64,000 bases of DNA, from the NCBI GenBank assembly GCA_963718525.1, contig OY970355.1:3136001-3200000 (forward strand), given 5' to 3'. This DNA is from Candidatus Dormiibacterota bacterium (GTDB lineage: Bacteria; Chloroflexota; Dormibacteria; Aeolococcales; Aeolococcaceae). Of the stretch, positions 51,767 to 61,159 are shown in pieces. The position numbers were made by a program, and so were the translations under genes. Below the pieces are notes generated by a model that saw only the letters and a program-made list of their open reading frames with translations, was not told the origin of the DNA and made no database searches. The first letter of the stretch is position 1, and the number at the start of each line of letters is the position of its first letter.

Positions 51767-52030
51767 ATGGGTGACGATCAGAAACCCGAAGGCGTCCCCG
51801 AGGAGGACGAGCATGGGCATCAGGGCTCTTTTGCCACGGGGCAAGAGGTGACCGAGCATCATCCCGAGCGTGAGGAGGAGGAAGGCGACTTCGCGACCGG
51901 CGAAGAACTCGCCAGAGATACCCATGAGGGCAGCTTCGCGGAAGGCCAGGAGACAACCGAGCATCATCCCGAGCTCCACAAGGGCGACTTCGCCGAGGGC
52001 CAGGAGGAGGAGCACACGCATCCGGGCTAG
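51767..52030 (+). CDS. Small acidic, His-rich repeat protein
   Basis: AAAGGAG RBS; four G[SD]FA[TE]G[QE]E motifs in two ~35-aa units. Confidence 0.8.
   Translation: MGDDQKPEGVPEEDEHGHQGSFATGQEVTEHHPEREEEEGDFATGEELARDTHEGSFAEGQETTEHHPELHKGDFAEGQEEEHTHPG
51851..51974 (+). repeat. Intragenic direct repeat with a 105-bp period
   Basis: ACCGAGCATCATCCCGAGC occurs exactly at 51851-51869 and 51956-51974. Confidence 0.85.
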
Positions 52031-52090
52031 ATCGAGGACTTCCCGGGTGATCGAGCGACCGGCGCGGACCGACTCGATACGCTCAGTTCA

Positions 52091-53662
52091 ATGGCAACCC
52101 ATAACCCGTCGATGAGCTCGCTCGAGGCTGACGTCCTGGTCATCGGAGGCGGCTCGACGGGCGCCGGCGTGGCCTGGGATGCTGCGCTCCGAGGCTTCTC
52201 CACCATCCTGGTGGAGCGCCGCGATCTGGCGGACGGGACCACCGGTCGATTTCACGGCCTCCTCCACTCGGGCGGCCGTTACGCGGTCAAGGATCCGTCC
52301 GCCGCCCGCGAGTGCATCGCGGAGAACCGGGTCCTGCGCGTGACTGCAGCCGATTGCATCGAGGATACCGGGGGACTCTTCGTGTCGACGCCGTGGGACG
52401 ACCCGGAGTACGGCGACCAGTTCCTCGAGGGGTGCAGGGCGACCGGCGTTCCCGCTGAGGAGATCCCGGTCGGTGAGGCGCTCCGTCGCGAGCCGCGTGT
52501 GAATCCCGACATCCGGCGCGCCTTCCTCGTCCCCGACGCGTCACTGGACCCGTGGAAGCTGGTCTGGGGATGCGCTCGGTCAGCTGAGGAGCACGGGGCG
52601 CGGATCCTTCCGTACCACCGCGTTCTCGATCTCGAGGTCGACGGTGACCGGGTCGTGGGCGCACGGGTTCGCAACGAGCACGGCGGCGAGGAATTCCGCA
52701 TTCACGCCACTGTTGTCATCAACGCCGCGGGTGCCTGGGCCGGACAGATCGCGGAACTGGCACATTGCAAGGTCAATGTCCGCGCCGGGATGGGTCTGAT
52801 GATCGCGATGAACCACCGGCTCGTGCAGATGTGCGTCAACCGATGCAAGCGGCCGGCGGACGGCGACATCCTGCTGCCGCTTCGCACCGCGTGCGTGATC
52901 GGAACCACCGATGTCTTTGTTCCGGATCCTGACCAGACCGAGATCCGCCAGGAGGACATCGACCTCCTCCTCGACGAGGGAGAGAAGCTGGTGCCTGGCT
53001 TTCGCCAGGCTCGGGCTCTGCACGCGTGGGCGGGCGTGCGACCGCTCTTCGAGGATACCGACACGGTTGCCGAGACACGGGATGTCACGCGCTCGCACGC
53101 CCTGCTCGATCATTCGGCGCGCGAAGGCGTCGCAGGATTCGTGACCATCACCGGCGGTAAGACGACGACATTCCGGTTGATGGCCGAGGCGGCTGTCGAC
53201 GCCGCGTGCCTGCAGCTTGGCGGACCCCGCGTCTGCCGGACCGCCGAGGTCCCCCTCGTGGGTTCCGAGAGTCACGTCGCGTACCAGATCGGCAGCCGGC
53301 TGGCCGAACGCGAACCGGTCCCGCAGGCCGACGAGATCATCTGCGAATGCGAGTTGATCACCAGGACGCGGCTCGAGGACACGATCCGACAGCGCGACAC
53401 GACGAGCCTCGACGACATCCGGCGTCTTCTCAGGCTGGGCATGGGGCCGTGCCAGGGTGGGTTCTGCATGTACAGGGTGACCGGCATCCTGCACGCCGGC
53501 GGGAGCGTCGACCACCTGAGTGCAAATCGCGCGCTGCTCGACTTTCTCGAGGAGCGATGGAAGGGGTTGCACCCCATCCTGCACGGCGACCAGCTGCGCC
53601 AGGCGAGGCTCGACGACTGGATCTTTCAGGGCATCCTCGACGTTGAGCACCTTCCCGCATGA
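52091..53662 (+). CDS. glpA: Anaerobic glycerol-3-phosphate dehydrogenase subunit A
   Basis: VIGGGSTG, GTTGRFHGLLHSGGRY, ITGGKTTTFRLMAE, BFD-like ICECE...GMGPCQGGFC. Confidence 0.95.
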   Translation: MATHNPSMSSLEADVLVIGGGSTGAGVAWDAALRGFSTILVERRDLADGTTGRFHGLLHSGGRYAVKDPSAARECIAENRVLRVTAADCIEDTGGLFVSTPWDDPEYGDQFLEGCRATGVPAEEIPVGEALRREPRVNPDIRRAFLVPDASLDPWKLVWGCARSAEEHGARILPYHRVLDLEVDGDRVVGARVRNEHGGEEFRIHATVVINAAGAWAGQIAELAHCKVNVRAGMGLMIAMNHRLVQMCVNRCKRPADGDILLPLRTACVIGTTDVFVPDPDQTEIRQEDIDLLLDEGEKLVPGFRQARALHAWAGVRPLFEDTDTVAETRDVTRSHALLDHSAREGVAGFVTITGGKTTTFRLMAEAAVDAACLQLGGPRVCRTAEVPLVGSESHVAYQIGSRLAEREPVPQADEIICECELITRTRLEDTIRQRDTTSLDDIRRLLRLGMGPCQGGFCMYRVTGILHAGGSVDHLSANRALLDFLEERWKGLHPILHGDQLRQARLDDWIFQGILDVEHLPA

Positions 53663-54942
53663 GCTACGACACCCTGGTTGTCGGCGCGGGACTCGCGGGG
53701 TTGACGGCAGCGCTTCGTCTCACCGAGCAGGGCCAGCGCGTGCTGGTCGCCGCTCGAGGGGTGGGTGCGACGCATCTCGCGCCTGCGACGGTCGATGTCC
53801 TCGGCTATGTCGGCGATGCGCGTGTCGACAGCCCGTCTCGGTCACTGGCGGCGCTGATTGCGAGTGCGCCCGACCACCCCTACCGCCATGTTTCCGCTGA
53901 CCGGCTCGCCACGGCTGTCGCGTGGTTCGGCGCACGCGCCGGCACCCTGGGTTATTCGGGCAACCTCGACGCGAACATGCTCCTCCCGACCGTGCTGGGG
54001 GTGCCGAAACCGTCGGCGCTGGCTCCGCAAACCATGACGGGCGGGGACCTTCGGGCTGGCGGGCGGTTCGCGTTTGTCGGCTTCAAGGGTTTCAAGGATT
54101 TCCATGCGCCGCTGATCGCCGACAACCTAGGCCGTGCCCGCCTTGAGGCCCCGATCAGCGCTCGGGCGATCGAGCTCGATCCGCCATCCAGCCGCCTCGG
54201 CGACCTCAGCGGACGGGTGCTCGCCGGCAGGTTCGACCACGGTGAACTCGCTGACTGGCTCGCCGCCGCGCTGATGGATCGCACCGACGCCGACGAACGC
54301 ATCGGTCTGCCCGCGGTCCTCGGGCTGCGCAAAGCCGTCGAGACCTGGCGCGACCTCGAGTCGAGGTTGGGGCGGAAGGTCTTCGAGGTCGCCCCGTTGC
54401 CGCCGTCGATGCCCGGTATACGTCTCTACGAAGCAATGGCTGCCGCACTGCGCGCCGGCGGTGCGCGCATCGTCCATGGGGTGAGGGTGTCCGGCGCCCA
54501 CGGGAGCAACCGCCGGATCGAGAGTGTCGATGTCATCAACGCGACCGGCGCTGTCTCGTACCCGGTCCAATCCGTGGTGCTCGCCTCGGGCGGCTTCGCC
54601 AGCGGTGGGCTCGAACTCGATTCGTTCGGCACGACGCGCGAGACGGTGTTCGACCTCCCTGTGACCGGCGTCCCGTCGTCCGATCGGGTTCGGTTCGCTC
54701 CTCGATACTTCGACGCGCAACCACTCGCAGCCGCCGGGGTGGCAACCGATGGTCTGCTGCGGCCCATCGACGCCGCGGGAGGCCCGGTGTACGCGAACCT
54801 GTATGCGGCAGGCGCGATCATCGGCGGCGCGGTCCCGTGGAAAGAGAAGTCAGGCACAGGGATCAGCATTGCCACCGGCTACGCCGCGGCCGAGGCGATC
54901 CTCGCACCAACGACGCTGCCCGCCACCGAGGCGGTCCGATGA
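53659..54942 (+). CDS. glpB: Anaerobic glycerol-3-phosphate dehydrogenase subunit B
   Basis: VVGAGLAGL, PAVLG, LPPSMPGIRL, VLASGGFASGGL, EKSGTG. Confidence 0.93.
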   Translation: MSYDTLVVGAGLAGLTAALRLTEQGQRVLVAARGVGATHLAPATVDVLGYVGDARVDSPSRSLAALIASAPDHPYRHVSADRLATAVAWFGARAGTLGYSGNLDANMLLPTVLGVPKPSALAPQTMTGGDLRAGGRFAFVGFKGFKDFHAPLIADNLGRARLEAPISARAIELDPPSSRLGDLSGRVLAGRFDHGELADWLAAALMDRTDADERIGLPAVLGLRKAVETWRDLESRLGRKVFEVAPLPPSMPGIRLYEAMAAALRAGGARIVHGVRVSGAHGSNRRIESVDVINATGAVSYPVQSVVLASGGFASGGLELDSFGTTRETVFDLPVTGVPSSDRVRFAPRYFDAQPLAAAGVATDGLLRPIDAAGGPVYANLYAAGAIIGGAVPWKEKSGTGISIATGYAAAEAILAPTTLPATEAVR

Positions 54943-56204
54943 ACGATGCCATCCGCGACTCGCTCGATCACTGCGTGAAGTGCACGATCTGCGAGACGTT
55001 TTGCCCTGTATCCCAGGCCACGCCGCTGTTCCCCGGACCCAAATACGCGGGACCGCAGGCGGAGCGATACCGCGGCGCCGGACCATCGCCGGACTCGTCG
55101 GTCGACTACTGCTCGGGATGCGGAATCTGCACGCAGGTCTGCCCCCAGGACGTGAAGATCGCCGAGATCAACTCGCGGGCACGCGCGCAACTGTGGGAAC
55201 GGCGCGGCATCCCACTCCGCAACCAGCTGATCGCCCGACCCACGGTGATTGGACGCCTAGGAGCCCCGGTGGCGCCCCTGGCGAACTGGGCACTCCACAA
55301 TCGTGTCGTTCGCAGTCTCGTGCAGAGCGTGATCGGCATCCACCGTGATGCGCCCATGCCGAGCTTTGCGGGGAGGACATTCCAGTCACGCGCTCGCCGC
55401 AATCGCGGGCCCGCCAGCGATGCACCTGCGGTTGTCTATTTCCACGGCTGCGGGACCAACTATTACGAGCCGCACGTCGGCGAGATGGTGGTGGCCGTCC
55501 TCGAGCACAACGGGTTTCGGGTCATCATTCCACCGCAGGATTGCTGTGGCCTCCCGCTGCAGTCCAACGGGAATTTCCGTGCGGCACGGACCTACATACG
55601 CCGGCTGGCCGGCAACCTCGCGCCGCACGCGCGCGCCGGGCTTCCAATCGTTTCGAACTCCACCAGTTGCGGGCTGATGCTCAAGCGCGAAGCGCACGAG
55701 ATCCTCGGCATCGACGACGCGGATCTCACGGTCGTGAGTGGCGCCATGTTCGATCTCTGCGAGTTCCTGTTCCGTCTGCACGAGCAGGGAAAACTGCGCA
55801 CCGACTTCGGATCACTGCCGCTGACCGTGCCGTACCACGCTCCGTGCCAGCAGCGCGGCCACGGCATCGGCAAACCGGCTCTCGACCTGCTCGCGCTCGT
55901 CCCCGACCTGCACATGATCGAGCTCGATGTCGACTGCTGCGGGATTGCGGGGACGTACGGGCTCAAGAAGGAGAAGTACGGGATCTCGATGGCGGTCGGC
56001 GAACGCCTTTTCAGCGACATCGCGGCAACCGGCTCCGACCTCGCGGCGTGCGACAGCGAGACGTGCCGCTGGCAGATCGCGCACGGCGCAGGCGTCACTG
56101 CGGTGCACCCGATCGAGCTGCTCTACCGGGCGTACAGGCTCGACGGGATGCCCCAACCTGGGGAGGTCAGAGCGGGCGCACAACACGCAACCGTGGACGC
56201 CTGA
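54939..56204 (+). CDS. glpC: Anaerobic glycerol-3-phosphate dehydrogenase subunit C
   Basis: CVKCTICETFCP, FPGPKYAGP, CSGCGICTQVCP, two CCG domains. Confidence 0.95.
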   Translation: MNDAIRDSLDHCVKCTICETFCPVSQATPLFPGPKYAGPQAERYRGAGPSPDSSVDYCSGCGICTQVCPQDVKIAEINSRARAQLWERRGIPLRNQLIARPTVIGRLGAPVAPLANWALHNRVVRSLVQSVIGIHRDAPMPSFAGRTFQSRARRNRGPASDAPAVVYFHGCGTNYYEPHVGEMVVAVLEHNGFRVIIPPQDCCGLPLQSNGNFRAARTYIRRLAGNLAPHARAGLPIVSNSTSCGLMLKREAHEILGIDDADLTVVSGAMFDLCEFLFRLHEQGKLRTDFGSLPLTVPYHAPCQQRGHGIGKPALDLLALVPDLHMIELDVDCCGIAGTYGLKKEKYGISMAVGERLFSDIAATGSDLAACDSETCRWQIAHGAGVTAVHPIELLYRAYRLDGMPQPGEVRAGAQHATVDA

Positions 56205-56206
56205 GC

Positions 56207-56434
56207 ATGTCCAGGCGCCGCAGACCACGACCCGTGGTCCAGGAATCTCCCAACGGTCAGGCGGTGATGCGCGTCGACGACGTGCTGCTCCTGCGCGGCG
56301 AGCGCGGGACATGGCTCATCGACATCAACGTCCGCTCCTCCCGCGGGTCCCGCTCACTGCAGATCCCGATCGGCAAGCACCGCGCCATCGACCGCCTGGC
56401 CTGGGAGCTCAGAAGGAGCGAGACCCCGTCCTGA
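56207..56434 (+). CDS. Small hypothetical protein
   Basis: 75 aa, ATG 2 bp after the glpC stop; fills the gap before the convergent tetR. Confidence 0.5.
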   Translation: MSRRRRPRPVVQESPNGQAVMRVDDVLLLRGERGTWLIDINVRSSRGSRSLQIPIGKHRAIDRLAWELRRSETPS

Positions 56435-56448
56435 GCGGTGTGGGTCGT

Positions 56449-57114
56449 CTAGCCGTGCGCCGGCGAGGACGAAGCCAGCTCTCCCAGCGGGAGCACGCTG
56501 CGCGCGCCAACGAGCAGGGAGTCGCAGACCAGCGCCACGCAGCGCTGCCGCTGCGGAGCGTCCATGAACAGCGGGTCGGCATGGCTGAGGCCGGCCATCA
56601 TCGCCGACACATCCGTGATGGTCACGTCGGGGCGGATCAGCCCGGCTTGCTGAGCCTTCTGGAGGAGCTCGGTGACAGCGTCAATCAGATCGCCGGAGAT
56701 CTCCTGCTTGGTCGCGCTGAGGTCGACGCCCGATGCGGCCATGGCGTCCGCGAGCGCCTTGAAATCCGCGAATTCATCACAGAGACGGCGAACAAAGCTG
56801 ACGAACGCCTCCCCCGGGTCGTCGGCAGCAGCTGCGGACCGAGCCGCGGCAACGAGCGGCGTGATCCGAGCCATCAGCAGCGCCTCGAACAGCGCACCCT
56901 TGGTCGGGAAATTCCGGTACACGGTGCCGACACCAACCTGCGCCCGCTGCGCGATCTCATCGACGGGGACGTCGATGCCGTGAGTGGCCATCAAGCTCGT
57001 GGCCGCCTCGAGGATCCGTTCCCGGTTGCGCTGTGCGTCGGCTCGAAGGTGCCGCTCAGACATCTGCGGCGCGGCCTCGACGAGCTGCTCTCCCTCGGTT
57101 GTCCCCGTGATCAT
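56449..57114 (-). CDS. TetR family regulator
   Basis: LRADAQRNRERILEAA...EIAQRAQVGVGTVYRNFPTK. Confidence 0.94.
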   Translation of the reverse strand: MITGTTEGEQLVEAAPQMSERHLRADAQRNRERILEAATSLMATHGIDVPVDEIAQRAQVGVGTVYRNFPTKGALFEALLMARITPLVAAARSAAAADDPGEAFVSFVRRLCDEFADFKALADAMAASGVDLSATKQEISGDLIDAVTELLQKAQQAGLIRPDVTITDVSAMMAGLSHADPLFMDAPQRQRCVALVCDSLLVGARSVLPLGELASSSPAHG

Positions 57115-57131
57115 CGGTCGTCCTACCTGGG

Positions 57132-57187
57132 TTGACAAACGGAACCATCGTTCCGTATAGTACTCCATAAGCGGAGCCCACGCTCCG
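57132..57187 (+). promoter_or_regulatory. sigma70-type promoter of the MFS gene with two TetR operators
   Basis: TTGACA 57132-57137, 18-bp spacer, TATAGT 57156-57161; IRs ACGGAAC-N4-GTTCCGT (57139-57156) and CGGAGC-N4-GCTCCG (57172-57187). Confidence 0.8.
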
Positions 57188-57215
57188 ATTCTACCCCAAA
57201 GTGAGGACGAACGCT

Positions 57216-58709
57216 ATGCAACCAAGACGCGTCAACCCCTGGGTCGTCCTCGTGATCGTGGGCATCGCGCAGTTCATGGTCATTCTCGACGCGACCATCG
57301 TCAACGTCGCGCTTCCCTCGATTCAGCACGGTCTGCACTTCTCGGCGCCCAGCCTGCAGTGGATCGTGAATGCGTACACGCTGGCGTTCGGCGGCTTCCT
57401 GATGCTCGGCGGTCGCGCCGCCGACCTTCTGGGACGTCGTCGTCTGTTCCTTCTGGGAATCGTGCTGTTCTCCGCCGCCTCGCTCATGAACGGGCTTGCG
57501 GGTTCGGCCGGGATCCTCGTCGCAGGCCGTGCGATTCAGGGCCTGGGCGGGGCGTTGGTGACGCCTGCGGCTCTTTCGGTGCTGACCACGACCTTTGCAG
57601 AGGGCCGGGAGCGGACGACCGCCCTTGGCGTGTGGAGCGCGATTGCCGTGGGCGGTGGAGCGATCGGCCTCCTGCTCGGTGGCGTGCTCACCAGCCTTCT
57701 CTCGTGGCAGTGGATCTTCTTCGTGAACGTTCCGGTGGGCGTGGTCGCATTCGTGCTCGCACTCCGATTCGTGCCCGAGAGCCGGGTTGAGAACGCACGT
57801 GGCGGTGTCGACATCGCAGGTGCGGTGTCGGTCACGGGAGGACTCGTGGTGCTCGTGTATGCCCTCGTCAACGCTCAGTCGGCCGGCTGGCTGTCAGCAG
57901 AGACCCTCGGCCTGGGAGCCCTCGCGGTGGCGCTTCTCGCCGCGTTCGTGGTGCTCGAGACGCGGCTCCGCCATCCGCTGATCCGGCTTGGCATCTTCCG
58001 GATGCGCTCGATCACCGGGGCTAACGCAGCGATGCTCCTCGTCGCGGGTGGCATGTTCGCGCTGTTCTTCTTCGCATCGATCTACGTGCAGGAAGTCCTC
58101 GGGTACAGCGCTCTCCGGGCAGGACTCGCCTTCCTTCCTGTGACGGCCGGCATCATCGCGGGCGCGGGCATCTCACAGCAGCTCATCCGGCGTGTGGGCG
58201 TTCGTGCGGTCGGGCTCACCGGCATGTCGATCGCTGCCGTCGGGCTCATCGTCCTGAGCCGGATCCCGGTGCACGGCACCTACCTTGGAGATCTGCTTCC
58301 CGGCCTGATGATCATGGCCGTCGGCATGGGCCTCACCTTCGTGCCCATCACGCTGATCGCGACCACCAACGTGGCTGCTGAGGACGCCGGACTTGCCTCG
58401 GGACTGCTCAACACCGCCCAGCAGCTCGGTGGTGCGATCGGGCTGGCGGTGCTGTCGACGCTGGCAGCAAACACCACCGCGAACACGCTCTCATCGCTGG
58501 GTCACGCGCCCAGTGCGGCGGACGGAGTCAGCGCACTTGTCGCCGGGTTCCACGTCGCGTTCCTGGTCGGCGCATTCCTCATGCTGTCCGGCGCGGTGAT
58601 CCTGGCGGCCACCGTGCGCCGTGGCGACGTCTCGCGAATCGACGACACCAACGAGCATCCAGAGGAGGGGCTGGATACCGAGCCGGTCGCCGAGCTGATC
58701 GCGAGTTGA
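57216..58709 (+). CDS. DHA2 (EmrB/QacA-like) MFS efflux transporter
   Basis: LDATIVNVALP, GGRAADLLGRRR, WIFFVNVPVG; about 14 TM helices. Confidence 0.95.
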   Translation: MQPRRVNPWVVLVIVGIAQFMVILDATIVNVALPSIQHGLHFSAPSLQWIVNAYTLAFGGFLMLGGRAADLLGRRRLFLLGIVLFSAASLMNGLAGSAGILVAGRAIQGLGGALVTPAALSVLTTTFAEGRERTTALGVWSAIAVGGGAIGLLLGGVLTSLLSWQWIFFVNVPVGVVAFVLALRFVPESRVENARGGVDIAGAVSVTGGLVVLVYALVNAQSAGWLSAETLGLGALAVALLAAFVVLETRLRHPLIRLGIFRMRSITGANAAMLLVAGGMFALFFFASIYVQEVLGYSALRAGLAFLPVTAGIIAGAGISQQLIRRVGVRAVGLTGMSIAAVGLIVLSRIPVHGTYLGDLLPGLMIMAVGMGLTFVPITLIATTNVAAEDAGLASGLLNTAQQLGGAIGLAVLSTLAANTTANTLSSLGHAPSAADGVSALVAGFHVAFLVGAFLMLSGAVILAATVRRGDVSRIDDTNEHPEEGLDTEPVAELIAS

Positions 58710-58843
58710 TGCCATGCGCACAGTCCTCGCCAACCAGATGTGTGCGCTGGGAACGAAGTTTCTCGACATGACTCCTGACACAGTTACTGACGATGACACC
58801 CATGCACACCGCCTTCCGTCGCATCGGCCTTGGAGCGAGTGAC

Positions 58844-59168
58844 ATGGCATCGAGCGCGATCCGCGACTCCGGCGGCGAGCCGGACGACCCCGCGCCGGTA
58901 ACGGCGCCGATCAATCAGGCCAGGTGGCGTAAGCGCATTCGCGCGACCGGCACCGTCCAGGCTCTGCGGGTCCAGGAGACGGAGACCGGGTCGAGCCTGG
59001 GGTGCGAGATCGGCGATGAGGCCGGCAGCCTTCTTCTGGTCTTTCCCGGGCGGAGGCGCATCCCCGGGATCGAATTGGGCGCCAGAGTCCTCGTCGAAGG
59101 GATGGTGGGACTTCTGGCGCCGCCAACTCGCAATCCTGAATCCGTACTACGAGCTGGTCAGCGAATAA
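58844..59168 (+). CDS. OB-fold nucleic-acid-binding protein with a +1 frameshift near 59110
   Basis: LVFPGRRRIPGIELG..V.VEG; removing one base continues into FWRRQLAILNPYYELVSE-stop, the expected NP.YEL ending. Confidence 0.7.
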
Positions 59169-59194
59169 GCCTCGAGGCGTCGGGCGCGCGGGGC

Positions 59195-60142
59195 TCAGGC
59201 GATGGCGCGTGCGTCGGCGCCGGCGCAACCGTCTGGGCCGAGCGCGGTCATCACCACTCGTTTTGTCGCGGTGAGCGAACCCGCGAACGGGGCGCGATAC
59301 GTCCCGGAAAGTGGGGCGACGTCCGCGTAATCGCGACCCACGGCGACGGTGATGTATTCGTATCCGGTCGCGCGACCGTGCGTGGGGTCGAGAGACAGCA
59401 CGCGAGCATGACCCGCACCGTCGGGCAGCAGCACCTCGACCCAGGCGTGAGACCCTCCGAACCCGAGCATCTGGCCTGACACGTACCTTGATGCAAGCCC
59501 GAGGCGATGGGTCAGCGCGAGCAGGACGTGCGCATAGTCCTGGCATACTCCGGCGCCTCGGGCCAGGGCTTCGGCCGCGGTGGTGTGGACCGACGTGGCG
59601 CCGTGCTCATACGTCAGCGAGTTGTGTACGCATTCGTTCGCCGCAGTTGCGAGCGCACCCCCGGTCAGGCCGCTCACTCGCAACTCCTCGACGAGACGGT
59701 CGATTGAGCCGCCGGCATCGGTGAGCCGTGTCGCGTCGAGCAGGCTGCGATCCTCGAGCATCGCTCCTGGGACGAGGTGGGGGCCATGGTGGGCGTCGCG
59801 CTCGACGACGGAGGAGGTGACGAAGGTGACCTCCTTCTCGACATGCGGGATGTTCAGCGTGACCACCGTGTTCCCGAACGAGTCCACGCTGGCGTCGATG
59901 CGACGAGGAATCGCGTCGAGGACGCTGAGGCGGCGGCTGATCCGGCGCTGATCACCATGCACGGTCCGCGGTTGGAGCACGAGCCGCTGCTGCAGCGAGC
60001 TGACCGGACCCTCATAGCGATACGTGATGCGTTGTTGAATCCTGTAGCGGGTCCTCTGCACGCGATTCCAGTCCAGCTGGAGCGGGTCCGATGACCAGCT
60101 CCGCCCCGAATCCGAGAGTGCGGACGGCGGCTTCAACGTCAT
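59195..60142 (-). CDS. Transglutaminase-like protein 1 (with N-terminal bacterial TGase domain)
   Basis: DSFGN, GVCQDYAH, RYVSG, SHAWVEV, LDPT, VAVGRDYADVAP. Confidence 0.92.
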   Translation of the reverse strand: MTLKPPSALSDSGRSWSSDPLQLDWNRVQRTRYRIQQRITYRYEGPVSSLQQRLVLQPRTVHGDQRRISRRLSVLDAIPRRIDASVDSFGNTVVTLNIPHVEKEVTFVTSSVVERDAHHGPHLVPGAMLEDRSLLDATRLTDAGGSIDRLVEELRVSGLTGGALATAANECVHNSLTYEHGATSVHTTAAEALARGAGVCQDYAHVLLALTHRLGLASRYVSGQMLGFGGSHAWVEVLLPDGAGHARVLSLDPTHGRATGYEYITVAVGRDYADVAPLSGTYRAPFAGSLTATKRVVMTALGPDGCAGADARAIA

Positions 60143-61047
60143 CCGATCGCCCCGGAAAATTCGCCGGCGAATTCGCCCACCACTGGGGGAATCGCACTCG
60201 ACCAGGGAGGCGCGTCGACCGGCTCCGCGACGACGCGCATGGAACGAAGTGGGGCGGCTCCGTAGTGGGTCATCATCGCGATGTCGAGGGCGTCACGGCC
60301 TCGTCCGATGAGCACCCGACCGGTACGCGGCGTGTTGTTGCGTGGATCGAACGTGTACCAGCGGTCGCCGACATACGCCTCGAGCCAGGCTGCGAAGTCC
60401 ATCGGCTCGTCCAGCGGCGGAACATCGATATCGGGCAGGTATCCGAAGCAGTACCGCGCCGGGATGTTCAGTCCTCGCAGGAAGGTGACCGCGAGATGGG
60501 CGAAGTCGCGGCAGACGCCGGCTCGCTGCAGGTAGACGTCGGTCGCACCTGTCGACGTGCCGCTGCTTCCGTGCCGGAACGTGATGTTCTCGTGCACCCA
60601 GTCGACAACCGCCTGGACACGCCCCCAACCCGGCGCGATGTCACCGAACAGTCGCCATGCGGTATTGCCAAGCGTGTCCGACTCGCAGTAGCGGCTCGCC
60701 AGGGTGAAATGGAGGGTCGAGTCGGGGAGGTCCGCCACCGCGGCCTGGACCGCCCTTTCATTGACCTCGTCCACGCCGCTATTCACCTCGACCTCCGCCT
60801 CATACCTGATCCGCGTGCTCCCGGGCCCGAGCACGAAGCGCTGGCACTTGTTCCCGTACAGGTCGGTGTATCCGTGCAGGTCGGTCGGGGGCCAGGTTGC
60901 GACTCCGGTGGCGCTCATCGCGAGAACCGCATCGGGGCGCGGCTCCACCTGGAGGACGAAGGTGACGGGCCACTCGAGGTCATGGAGAAATTCACAACCC
61001 ACGCGGAGCCTCCGACGGCTCGTGGGGGCCTCGATCACGATCCTCAC
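60139..61047 (-). CDS. Transglutaminase-like protein 2
   Basis: SRYCESD, GVCRDFAH, NIPARYCFGY, MDFAAWLE, FDPR, GRGRDA.D; start uncertain. Confidence 0.9.
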   Translation of the reverse strand: MRIVIEAPTSRRRLRVGCEFLHDLEWPVTFVLQVEPRPDAVLAMSATGVATWPPTDLHGYTDLYGNKCQRFVLGPGSTRIRYEAEVEVNSGVDEVNERAVQAAVADLPDSTLHFTLASRYCESDTLGNTAWRLFGDIAPGWGRVQAVVDWVHENITFRHGSSGTSTGATDVYLQRAGVCRDFAHLAVTFLRGLNIPARYCFGYLPDIDVPPLDEPMDFAAWLEAYVGDRWYTFDPRNNTPRTGRVLIGRGRDALDIAMMTHYGAAPLRSMRVVAEPVDAPPWSSAIPPVVGEFAGEFSGAIG

Positions 61048-61159
61048 TGTACCGCCGAATCGAGGCGTGTGAACCGCTCTGAATGCACAATCGCCGGCGC
61101 CACCCCTTGTGCACGGCGACCAATGACGATGTGCCGGATGCGGGGAGTACTGTCCGTGG

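Noticed and set aside
51851-51974. Direct repeats as a mini-CRISPR
   Set aside because: Only two copies, in frame within a coding repeat, and no cas genes.
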